Position numbers and translations under genes: made by a program. A stretch of DNA of 64,000 nt, from the NCBI GenBank assembly GCA_010093705.1, contig MU006104.1, forward strand, positions 372,001-436,000. The letters are read 5' to 3'. Below are positions 10,481 through 22,324 of the stretch, one piece after another (the first letter of the stretch is position 1; each line of letters starts with the position of its first letter). The notes beneath the pieces were generated by a model. That model was not told the DNA's origin and made no database searches. It saw only the letters and a list, made by a program, of their open reading frames with translations. Source of the DNA: Patellaria atrata CBS 101060. Lineage: Eukaryota.

Positions 10481-12661
10481 CTAGGCAGGCAGAAAATATA
10501 AAAAGTGTGCTCCGTTCCAATGATTAGAGATGGAAAGACTCATCCATACAGAACTATTAACAAGGGGTCCTACGATTCACAGATATTCATGTAAAATGAT
10601 GTGATAGAGTATAATGAACAAGATCCCCAATTGAATAATGGAGATAATAGATTGATGGTCACTTGGGAGCAGATTCATACCGAGGTTCGCAAAACACCGA
10701 TTGCCCAGAAGAAGTAGCTATGGATGCTGATGAAATATTTGTAGCTTCTATCATATTCTAGTGATGGAGATTTACAGAAATTAGTTTAGTGTAGATTGCA
10801 GCGAAGCTACAATATCATTAAAAAGAACTTGTATAGAGCTGAAGAGAGTCAATGCAACTGTAAATGCGCATTCTAGAGAGGTGTGAGAGTATTTATACGT
10901 CTTCTTTAATAGACGTACGCCTCGGCCGGTGTACATATCTTCCACAGGTAATGGCCCGTTACTACGTCCTCAAGATTAATGGATTGTCAAAACACATCCA
11001 TTTATTTATTTAATAGTAGTGTGGGTTGACATCTGCCGGGGTATCATGATGTATGATTAGCTTGCGCTCCACAAAGGACCCTATCAGGTAGTAGAGTTGG
11101 AAGCTCACGACACCGACGGAGAAATCTGCAATGAACCGCGAACGGACAGGGGGGTAGGGAGGACCAATGGACGAGTTGTACGATGGCAGACTTCCTAGAA
11201 GAGTAGAATTTCCAACTTAGGGCTCCAATAGAGTTCTTCGATCGCGTGCATTCGGCTTGATGATACACCGTCGGATTACTTTTGCATTCTTTCATCCTTG
11301 GTCAGCGACCAAACCACTACTAATCAAACAAAGCCGATATGCGCTTACGTCTACACGCGTTTAGTCCGGGAAAGAACCGAGACTGAAAATATAACGCAGA
11401 TGGCGGACAAGAGAGCCTCGTGTCGAAAAAGGCAGGCGTGTGTGCATACCTTTCATGCACTAAACCGCTGTCGAGTTGAGAATGCAGCCAGTAACTCTGA
11501 CTCTAAAACTCTGACGTACCTGAGCAGGTTGTTTTGTCCTACACGGCCGTCAGGGGTCGCACCGTGGCAGTGCTTTCAGAACTCTATTTGGTATGTCAGT
11601 TCTTAAGGTATAGGACTACATGGCAAACGTACGCAATCATAGCATAAATACTATGTTGTACGATACCTCGTGTTGTGCAAACTAGTCATGCTAACCGTAT
11701 AACCTGAGCAAACGTCATCTAGGACAGAACTTGGAATTAAAGGCTTGAAATACTGACTTGGATTTCAGTTGTAGTCTTACTGATCCCGGGTGCAACGATA
11801 TCCTCATAGGTATGGTAAAGAATATCGGTTTGTTTAATCGAAAAGATCAAAGAGGCTGAACAGGTGATATAGAAACAGGGGCCCTAGCCATAACAGGGAT
11901 GCTTTTTTAATCAGCATATCCAAGCCCAAGATAGATCGACCAAATTCAGAATTCTTTGCTCATTTGATGAATTAAAGAGCTCTTTCCAAGTAATGATAGT
12001 GAGAATCGATTGCTGTCCCATAGCTTTGGTAGTCTCCTATTATTTACTCGATGGAACTATGTAACCAGTAGAGATATTCTCAAAAGGAAAGTTTGTCTCT
12101 CAGTTTCAATATACTTGACCCTTAGTCATTCGATCGGTTATATCCCTTTCCTATAATGGTACTCCATGCTTTAAATCCTCGCTGTTCAAAGGTATTTTGA
12201 GACGCACTGTACTCCAAAAATTGTACTTTGAAATGAGCTAGAGCTTCAGGGGTGAGATACTGTAAACAATGCAGGTACAAGAGTATGCCTGGTCATTAGC
12301 AGCAATCGTGCTTATACAGGTACTAGAAAATGATCACAATAACAGATGGAGAGACAGATCCACTTTGGTCAGGTGAATCCACCTACCACCACTGTGGAGA
12401 GCACGCATTCACCCAGAATAAAGAATGTCGCGTGTATCTGCACAAGGTACCGCTACTTTGTTCCGGCGTTTGGAGTAACTGGTTGCTGATGAAAGCTGCA
12501 TCGTGCGGACACAATGTACGCATGAAGGCCAACGAACTTCTATTTAAGACCGCTCCCGAGAGGGAGAAGTAAGTCTTCATAATCTCATATACGATACACT
12601 CACATATTGACTCCTACACTGAAAGCATCTTACCAACCTTACACAATCGATCTCATCCGCA

Positions 12662-12967
12662 ATGTGCAAAGCACTTTATAGCGAATTCGCCTGCATTAAC
12701 GGGTGCGCGAGCAGAATCATCGACACTTCAGGTTGCGCTTTCGCAGATACAAAGTTGGATTCCAGCGACCCTCGTAGTATCTGGCATCGACGTTCTTCTG
12801 GTGGACCTGATTGGCAAGACGATGAGTGGAACAGATATTTGAAGATAGCTGAGGAATGCTGGAGCCAGCGAGGCCAGAAGTATAGGGATCACAACAAGAT
12901 GAAGAACCTTCGAGGAGTGGCTGAGTGCTTCGTATGTAAGGACGAACCGATGGAGGATTGGTCCTGA
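12662..12967 (+). CDS. Small cysteine-rich hypothetical protein (101 aa, MC...CxxC type)
   Basis: ATG in GCAATG context after a C/A-rich leader. MCKALYSEFACINGC...AECFVCKDE, uninterrupted. Confidence 0.55.
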   Translation: MCKALYSEFACINGCASRIIDTSGCAFADTKLDSSDPRSIWHRRSSGGPDWQDDEWNRYLKIAEECWSQRGQKYRDHNKMKNLRGVAECFVCKDEPMEDWS

Positions 12968-13497
12968 GTATACTTAAAGGTTCATTTACTAGTTATATCG
13001 GCCTGGAGCTGATGCTGGTTTGTTCAAATGAAATTAAAGATGGAGAAGATTGATCCAACTCTAATAATATAAATCTTCCTATTGATCGAATTCCAATTGC
13101 TCCACGTTCATTGATTTTTGTGGTTGTTATTTCACCGAACTAAAATGTTGTCGTGCAGAACTTAGAATGCGAACCGGATGAAAGAATTTCCCTTCCGACA
13201 GACGCGACTTCTCCTCTTCACTAACCGCGTAGGATTTGGAATTTCTCTAACAAAACACTCAGGCCAAGAATAGGATTGATTAGACTAAATCAAACTGATT
13301 TTTCAATCTAGAGACTCCGTGGGAGATGGTTTCACTGCTGAGGAACGGCATCCAGCCTTGTTCTGCCAAGTAACTCTAGCACAGCCTCAATCTCATGTTT
13401 AAAACGAAATTGGAATGTACGAATTGGAGCATGGAATTGGATTATACAGTCTGTTTCTGACTCAATAAACTAATGTATCGGCCATTCGTTCTTAATT

Positions 13498-15282
13498 ATG
13501 ACTCCTCCTGTGAGCAGTGAAAGCGCTACGGACAGTACACGACTGCAGGATAGTGATATAGCTAGCTCTTCCACGTCCCCCGGCGCAAAAATAAAACAAA
13601 GGTAAACGTATCGTGTATCATTAACAGTCGTTGACGGCACCTTCCATATATATTAGTCAGCCCTCGCGAATACGCTGACGCTATCCTTGAACACGTGAAG
13701 CTTGACGTGAATAGCGCAGACGATCTATATCGCAAGCGGAGCTCATACCGTTTGGCATGCTATTTACGCCGTCATTATTCCAGCCCATCGGCGAGGGATA
13801 GCAGTCCAATACTTTTGGACTCGGCAAGCAGCTTCATCAGCCGTTACAGCCTCGGCCCTGCTGTCAGTCCCAACCGAGAATATCCGTCCATCCCTGGAAT
13901 TTACTGCATTCCGAGCTGCCGAGTCGGTGAAACCAGCTCTACTATTCTTGAGAGGTCAATGTGATTCAGCATGCCTTTCAAAAATTGGAGCGTCATATGG
14001 CATCCACCCGGACGTATTCCACCGTCACTTGGACTTCATGACAGGACCTGAATGATTATGCACACCCCTCATTGCTGTCAGCGCATAATAATATCGTTCA
14101 GTTGGCCTATCCTAATATCGGTAATCGTAAGGATGCTCGTCCCCGATACACTCTGAAAGATTTGGATCATTTGAGAGAAAGAGATTATAAGGAAATGAAA
14201 ACATACCTTCAGGAATTAGGCGAGCAAGTAGAGGTTGATTCCTGTCCTGGCGATTCTATCGTACGAGACCTTTATCCACTTGGACCAGATTATTTTGCTA
14301 TCGAGCAATGGATCTCTATAAGCGTTGCTCAGATGTCCGAGGGCTGGGCAGGCCAGTACTCAGGACATGAGCGAGTGATACCCTTAAGCTGACTTGCATG
14401 GAGCGGTTATTTGAATTGATTCCGGCGAATTTCTGTCCTGTCTGAGTAAAGTGCCATGGATCGAACACTTATCATTACGTACCCTTAATTCAAACATGTT
14501 TCTGCCTACACCTCAGAACGCTCCGTTCATTGCACAAAAATTGCGCGAGAAAGGCACTGCTCATGGGCTGCGGCGCTCTAACTATTATGGTATCCAGAGT
14601 GTAACATTACTTCACCTACACTATGGAAAAGACTTAGACCTAGGTCTCATAAGTCAAGGCGCATTTTATGCAATGCATGAGATATTCCTCTTCTGCGCCT
14701 TTTCCGAAGTTCAGCTTCTTAACACAGTAGAACAGGAGCTCTTGGAGAGGAAAGGTGATACCTTTGACGACAACCATACCTTCAATCCCTATCATCTAAT
14801 ATACAGTCAAGAGCTTCTGGACAAAATCATGGGTCGTTGTCGAAACACAATTAACATGATTAAAACAAGACATGGAATTGTTTGGCCTAAAGCCTCTGAC
14901 GCTAAACTATCGGAGAAAGCAGACCTCTCAGCACTGTCTCTTGAAAGAGATTACGAAGATATTCTTGAACATTGTTGTATCTTGTTTAAGCGTTGTGAGT
15001 CCAACGTAAATATTATCATAAATCGAGCTATGATCATGGAGTCCAATAAAGCAACGGGAGAGGCCAAAGAAGTTTCAAAATTGACCAGGTTGGCTCTGTG
15101 TGCAATCCTCTGAGTTTCACTGGCACCTTTTTGGGTATGCATCTTACCCCCTTATCCACTACCGGGTTTGGTATTTGGATATGGTTTGCGATATCAGTGC
15201 CTCATTCGTAATGATGCAGTTCGATTTCTGCGATGTCTTATCTAAAACAAGATCAGAACTTTGGCTACCGGAAACTAAATAG
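13498..15282 (+). pseudogene. Fungal CorA-like Mg2+ transporter-family pseudogene
   Basis: Fragments in shifting frames: IGASYGIHPDVFHRHLDF (~13984), FYAMHEIFLFCAFSEVQLLN, ESNKATGEAKEVSKLTRLA, then after a frameshift PLSFTGTFLGM (CorA TM1/GMN region). Multiple stops and frameshifts. Confidence 0.75.
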
Positions 15283-15573
15283 GTTTGCTCTTAAGATATT
15301 ACGGTGATGCTATGATAGGTTGACTGCGTATTAAGACCGAGAAGAATACTTTACCTTTAAGTGTTTCGCACTTCCATTTTCCTTGATACAAGAGCTTAGA
15401 TTTCCCAGAATAAATATAATTCACCGAACGGGAGCATAGTCAGCTTTAATTCATAGTATGGCGATCGATTAACGCTCGTAGCAGTAGAGAAAGTAGTTTC
15501 TTCAGCCTATCGTATTTTGTGATACATTAACAATATTAAGCTACCTCATACAACAAGTCAGAAGTTTGGTCTT

Positions 15574-18500
15574 CTACTTAGGAAACATATCCTTCTCGGC
15601 GAAAACAGACGTAGGCCGTCCAGATTTAATGAGATAATTTTTTATAATATCGAAAAGCTCGAGGTCGCTGTTAGGAGATCCGAGAATAGAAACATCGATC
15701 GGAAGATTTTCGAATCGAGCAGTTACCTTAGACATATACTCTTATTTGCAGACTATTTTATATATGAGAAAATGTACTAATCTTATCGAACGGGACAGGT
15801 CTTACTTGGAACAGTGAGTTCAGGCCCACAAATGATGGGGGAGAGAAATAAGTTTGGCACTCTCGTTGGATTTTTTTTTTTTTTTATTCCATTGTATTGT
15901 ATTACTTACAATACTGCGCATGCAGCCTTCAAGCTATGGCGCAACTCCCTATATACATAAATCCCTTCTCAGGGCCCTCATATGCTTAGTAAAGTCTTTA
16001 GTGGCTTAACCCACTGATATTTTATTTGCAAAGGAAAGTCAGGAAGTTTACACTCTATATAAAGGAAATTGTTGAAAAACCACCCCTTCTTCCTCTTTAC
16101 CATCTGTTTTTTATTCCCAGTTTTATGCCATACATTCTGTTATCTTCTGTAGACTCTATACTTCCACTCTATCTACATCTCCTGCGTGTATCAGCCATCT
16201 AGCAGTAGAGATTTGAGTTCTTGCTATATATTTAAATAACACCTGTTTGCCTAACTTTGTGCAAAAGAGCTTTGCCATTGTTAGCTTTGATCTCAGTTGT
16301 TTCCTCATTTCCTTACGCTCTTTTGAGTAGTTTGCACAATGTAAGATAAGGTGTGTTAGTGTTTGAAGTGATTGACAATCTCTAAAGCATTTCCCTTCTT
16401 CATCTTTCCCAATCACCTTAGAGTAAGACTTGAAGAATCCAATACCAGTCTTGAGTTGAAAATAGGCTGCTTGGATCTTTTTCTGGACATTAGATTTGGG
16501 TATACTGAGTGAGAAGCGCACACGACCTCTGCAAATGCGTGTATAATGTTTGCCTTGTCTCTTGCTATTGGCCTCCCAGCTTTGTTTCCAATTAGATAAG
16601 ATCTTTTCCTTGCATTTTCGTTTAATATAGCTGAGTGATGTGAATGAAGTGCTTATAGGATTGTGGTCCAGTCCTTTCTTAGCCAGCTTATCTGCTATAT
16701 CATTCCCAAAGATGTTCTTATGGCCAGGAACCCAGCTAAAGGTAATTTTCATTTCCCATTCATTAGTGAGAGTATTGCATAGGTCAGTTATCAGCACACT
16801 TAATTCTTGTCCTCCATCAAGGCTGTTCTTTTGTAGCCTCTTAAGTGCCGCCTGGCTGTCCACAAAAACCCACAGGTTTTTGGCAATGGATTGTCCCTTC
16901 TCACACTGGGTATTTTCTCTTTCAAGTGCTTTAAGAATGGCAAATAGCTCTACATCCATAATCTCAACACTGTCTCCTAGGTTCCAGTTGCTGGCAAACA
17001 GGATGCGCTGATTATTTCCTATCTGGCATGCCCCTACAGCATTTCTGTTGCCTTCTTTAGACCCATCAGTGTAGTAAACATTGACTAGTCCGTCCTTCAT
17101 GCCTGACTCTAGGTCTCTGATTAATTTATCATGTTGCTTCGATGCTTTTTCTTTATCCTTGCTGGAGATGATGAATGATGCCTTTAACTTTGGCCTCCAA
17201 GGTTGAGCATTATGTACAGAAATCTTTTCTACCTTCCAGTTGGTGATAAACTCTCGTTGGATTAAATTAGCTCCTGGAGACAAATTAATCGATTTCTCCA
17301 ATATACTAGTGTTGACTCCTCCCAAACAAGGGGAAGTACTTCTCGACATCTGGATACTTGCTGAACAGCGACCGGCGGGCTGTGGATTCTGTGGTACCAA
17401 GACGTCTGTAAATCCAATTATTTATTCGCTTGGAAGTCTCTCCGCGTCTTTCATCCTCCCCTATCACGGTGAGGTCGGAATCGCACCGTACAGCGGAGGA
17501 TGAATACCACGATAAGAGAAGGGATAAGAAAGTCCGACTTATTTTGGGAGTTCGTCTCTGTATCTTGGCGAGATTTCTTCAATGGGAATGATTACGACAG
17601 TATCGCAATCACGTTGTTTCATCACCTGTCTTTTGAACCATGCCCTAAACACTTCTAAACAGAATTTTGCTTTCGCGTTTTGGTGTGAATTGATCTTGGA
17701 GGAAAGGGCCCTTCAAAGCAGTTAGAACAGAAGCATGATGTAACACATCTACTTCTCCCCATCAGCTGATGTTCAAGCGTATAACGGCCCATCAATTAAG
17801 CTCCGGCGTAAAGGAACGGGTCTTGATGACATACCATTGCCACCTAACGGGTGGGCTAACATATGGTTCCTTCTTAAATCGCTCTTCGTAATCGGCCCTG
17901 AACGCGTCGAAACTATGATAATAATCATAGAAGAACGAATCTCTAGAAGCATCTCTCATGATATCACTAAAGTGATAGCCCTTGAGCTTCACTCGGTGGA
18001 CAATTCTTCCATACCTTTTCGAATGAAATCTTTTCATGTAACACACCCATAGATTTCTCAAGATCTACGACAAACTTGTCTACGATGGCAACTTGATCAT
18101 TGTTCTGGATAAGATTGATGTAATCAATCGGATAGAGGATGGTAGTTCGTTTAGAGCTCTTACACTAAGTAAGTTCTTCCCATACCAGTGGTAGGCAAAG
18201 TGCTTACACTGGTCGAGGTCTCGGCCGAAGAATGTTGGACAATCGAAACGAGGAAAACTTGGGATGTAGCCTCCATGAGGAAGTGAGCCGTGAGTGGGAT
18301 GCATCGCAAAGCGACCATTCCAATGACCAGGCCTTCTCCCACTACCGCTTCTATCGGATCCAATGGCAATGTCCAACCACGAGTAAGCTCCTATTGCTGC
18401 ACCACTACCGCTACTTCTTCCAGCTGGTGATTGATATCCATCAGCTCTTGGATTCCAGGGAGCTGGAAAGTCAATACACCCTACTGGCTCTTCTGTTGCC

Positions 18501-19296
18501 GCAAAAGATGCTAACTTGGTCGTTCCTAGTATTATTGCTTCTACTGATTCTAAACCCTCTATACAAAGCGCAGTCTTGGTAGGTGGTTGATATAGCTCGA
18601 GAAATGCCAAGTTGCGGACGGTGGTGCGAATGCCTTTGATATGGAAGATGTCCTTTACGGCAACTCGTAAACCCGCTAATGATCCTTGGTCTATCTATGA
18701 TACGCTGCGAGAAGGCACAGCAACCACCAAACCTGAAAGGTAGTCTAGGTCGATACGTGCTTCATTTCTGACTCTAGTTGAATATTAGTTTGATCCAATA
18801 AGTAGACTCTCTAAGATTCATGTCGCACTTATCTGATCAAGGTACCATAGTGTGCACGAAAGCAGAGTGGATGTCCTTGGACAATCTCCATATTTCAAGC
18901 AAATCTCCACTAGGAGATACGTACTGCCCTGGTTTCAACCTTGTTTTTGACTGCTTGTCTACCCATGTATTTCATTTGCTTTTCAGTAGCTAGAGAGCTT
19001 CAGTAGTGACGCGTATATTCCCATCTTGTGGAGAAACGAATAAAATACCCTGTAGAAAAGCGTCATGATGAACGTCATCCGCGTGTGATGTTTCTAGAGT
19101 CCGAACCAACCAAGCCACACCCACGACCAGATGATCAACAGAGATAATGGTGAAAAACAGGCGTATATCCTGCTGAGGTAGAGATATCTCCTGTTGTCAT
19201 ACCCCACGAATTAGTCATTATTTCATCTTAAAATATCGTCTTTTGGGAACCCTCAACAAAAGTAAAGTACGAATAGCCGGACAATAGAAGCCTCAT
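15574..19296 (-). pseudogene. Amidase-signature family pseudogene (fungal Arp1-like N-terminus plus amidase domain), split by a LINE insertion
   Basis: VAVKDIFHIKG, GTTKLASFAATEEP, PWNPRADGYQSPAGRSSGS, GSDRSGSGRRP and IIPIEEISPRYRD lie on one side of the LINE. PNLFLSPIICGPELTVP and LPIDVSILGSPNSDLEL...GRPTSVF...MFPK* (stop 15574-15576) lie on the other. Has frameshifts, internal stops and an apparently mutated donor (ATAAGT ~17542). The 5' end is approximate. Confidence 0.85.
15871..17249 (-). mobile_element. 5'-truncated non-LTR retrotransposon (fungal Tad1-like LINE): RNase H, CCHC knuckle, 3'UTR and poly(A)
   Basis: Poly(T)15 at 15871-15885. The minus-strand ORF has the RNase H motifs YTDGS, ELFAI, VDSQAA and WVPGH...GNDIADKLAK, and CFRDC...H...C. 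The flanking direct repeat ACTCTCGTTGGA(TT) at 15859-15872 and 17250-17263 is the TSD. Confidence 0.95.
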
Positions 19297-20125
19297 AAAG
19301 GTAGTATCTCAGAGGACTGTTTTCCTTAGCAAAGCTAATGGCCCGAATTACACAGGAACAGAATTTTAGGAAACAGCTAACAGGTGATGTATACAGCCGT
19401 AATTTGGACAATCAACAGTCAGAAGATAGACAGGGAAGAATGATACGGACGAATATTTTACCATGAGCGACTCACTGAGATAAGTTCAGAGACATCTTTT
19501 GGTACAATCTGAAAGCAAGAAAACGTAGGGAAACGGTTGGCTTACTTGGCTTGCCGGTATGGGAATATATTTCCTGTCTGCGAGCTGGAATGGTAGGTAA
19601 GCTTTGATGGAGATGGGTAGTTCAGGCTCAACTGGAGAGTGTGAGGGCGCCATCATTTAAGTGAAGAGAGGAATTCGGGGCAGGTTGATCTTAGGTATAA
19701 GAACAACGATTCTCCGTAGGATTGTTTATTTCGTTGAGGAACCGATGACGGGAAGAGGTTGACTGTGAGATTACTGACTTGAAGTGGATTAGGTAAGGTA
19801 GGAACGAACAAAGAAAGAAAGCGGAGTACCCCAAAGTCGCTCCACGGAAAGCGTTGCCTTTACAAATTAAGGTAGGCTAAAACAAGTCGTGCTTGCGTTT
19901 GTTACGTTTGGCATCTCTTGAGTAATTGTCGGTTTTGCCTTCTCTTCAGTCCAGTCAGACTGGACGTAAGAGTTCACATAAGTCAACTTGGGAAGCATAT
20001 GTATTCTACGACAGAATCTAGTGCTAAATCCGATATGTCCCATCATATAGTGCCTTCGCAATTCTAGAACCCAGAACGCATGAACACAATCCAGGTCCAG
20101 CGGTCTCCCTTCCAAAAGCAATGCT

Positions 20126-21906
20126 CTAACACTGTAAAACCTTCTTCTTTGGTTTTATGACGCATGAGAGCATGAAAAGCGCCGCGAAGATTATCTTCCA
20201 AAATCAGTATACACATAAAAGTCCTTGAGATAGAGAATATGGTAGTCCTACTGATGAAGCGAGGAAGCAATATCCCTCGGAAGGATGATTTGCTGTACGA
20301 CCTGTAACTAGTAAACGAGCGGTCAATGGTCGTCCAACCAGCTCTGCTAACGCTCAAATAAAGCTAAGGTTGTAAAAAGCTGTGTATCCTTTGTGATATC
20401 TGTGATATAATTTATCAGTCCTTGATTTGCTGGTTCTAGATCCTCGCCTAATCCACGCCCTACTATTGCTGGCATCTATTAGTATATACAATCTGTAATG
20501 GATCATTCAACTCACCGAGTCCCATCAAGGACGGCGAGGAAGCTCTCCAAGCTCCAAAAAAGATATTATCAAGATAATCAACGCTATTTGAACAGCACGA
20601 GAGTCGATAGTATGAGGCTCAGTGCCGTGTTTTGGAAGGTACCTAGTTCCAAGAGGGGCAAGAACGGTTACAATTATTGCTTCCAGGCCAGACGCTACGC
20701 TTGACTATGCGGTTTTCTGTAGAGCGACGTCGAACTTTTCTGATACATATTGGAAAACGAATCCCTCGCTGGAAAATCCAACCTTTTTAAAGAATACCAC
20801 TGCAAGACAGAAACGAGCTCCTGCACTATCAAAAAGGCTATTCATCTCGATCGCCCTTGATTTCAAGCTCAGCCATAAGCTACCGACTGCTAATGTCACT
20901 CTGTTTCTGTTCGTCCGAATAGGAATATCCGGGGAAGCTAGTGAACACGTGTCTTCGCTTAGAGTCATATGCGACAAGTGTGCTTCGTTATTCGATTCGG
21001 TTACGGCCTCACTGGACACTCCATTAGTGGTATCCTCTCTGCCAGGGACAGGTATGTAACCATCCACCGCACTGATTTCTGTGTCCGCCTTGTTACGTTC
21101 GAGGATAAATAGCAACGACATAATAATAAACAGAGTGGTTAACGATACCCCAAAGGGAATATAAATGCTGGTCCGCATAAGAATAGCTGCAATTGGTGGG
21201 TGATTAGTCGCGTAGAGTGGCCGCATAAGAGTAGAAGATATAAGTAGATAGTTCTATATGTTGTTAATATGCGTATATGTACTCAAACAGACTAGCGGTT
21301 ACATACCTGGTTTTGTGACTTAAGGCATCGGCAACTGAGGCATATATCACAGAGTCAAATAGACGTTGGCCACCACTAAGGAAGAGAAAAACAGAGCTTA
21401 ACCAAACGGTCTGAATAGGCAAGATCATATAATTTGCACCTAAAGAGCTCAGCAAAGAGAACAGGCTCAGCAGTTAACAGTAGCAATAGATGGTTTATGC
21501 GTACAGTTTATAACAAGACCCCATATCATAAGAGAATCCCCAATTGTGGAGAGTACCATTATCAAGCGCGGACCAGATCTTTACGAGAGGGATTCATAGT
21601 ATGCCGCTGTTAGAAGCCCTGCTCGAAAGTTAGAGTTCAGAGACTCAAACTGACATGTTGGAGTTTGGTATTACGAACCTGCGGAAGCATCAAGGAAATT
21701 TTCCACCCGACAACCTTCGCAAGGAGACCTTGGACTTCTGGAAACTTGCATGCGCTCTCTTTGGTTTCATACGTCGTATACTGCCCGTAATATTGTTCGC
21801 AAATGGAATTTTCGAAGATTCTCACCGTTGGAACCTCGATAACCATAGCCGAAAACCCGAACAAAGCGTAAAGGAGGTAAAGTATTACTACTCGCCATGG
21901 TAGCAT
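20126..21906 (-). pseudogene. MFS transporter pseudogene (SLC46/fungal MFS type)
   Basis: EVPTVRIFENSICEQYY...CKFPEVQGLLAKVVGWK, VWLSSVFLFLSGG...ASVAD, FVFQYVSEKF and AELVGRPLTARLL...IIFAALFMLSCVIKP. Apparent 1-nt deletion near 21690, in-frame TAG at 20705 and further frameshifts. Confidence 0.8.
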
Positions 21907-22324
21907 AATCGGCCGAAAAGTGGCTCATATATATATTCACGTGTTAAATACCACGAGAAAGATATAAATAATGAGCTATGGGGTGTTGAGGTTGCTGGCA
22001 TAATATAAAACATACTTACTCAGGTCGCACGAGAGAATGACGCTTGTGATCTGTTGGGCGAGTAGTGTAACGATAGAGTGAACTCTTTTGTACTGTGAGC
22101 TATACCTTCCAAAGCATGCACCGTTCATGACTTCTGTGGTGTAGTGATTTTATAGTTTTAACACACCTTCTCTCTTTTTCCGTTCCATAAGCAATTTAAT
22201 TAGCGGCCCCGTCTACAGATTACTGTACTATCGCTCTAAGTGGAAAGGTCAGTCTCCTCTACTCGAAATCATTGTTGCTCAACGATATTATATCAAAGGA
22301 AGCCGAAATGTGTTCTTCATATAG

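Noticed and set aside
8800..13400. Starship captain (DUF3435 tyrosine recombinase) or transposase at the island edge
   Set aside because: No recognisable motifs in any frame by eye. Needs an HMM search to exclude a very decayed copy.
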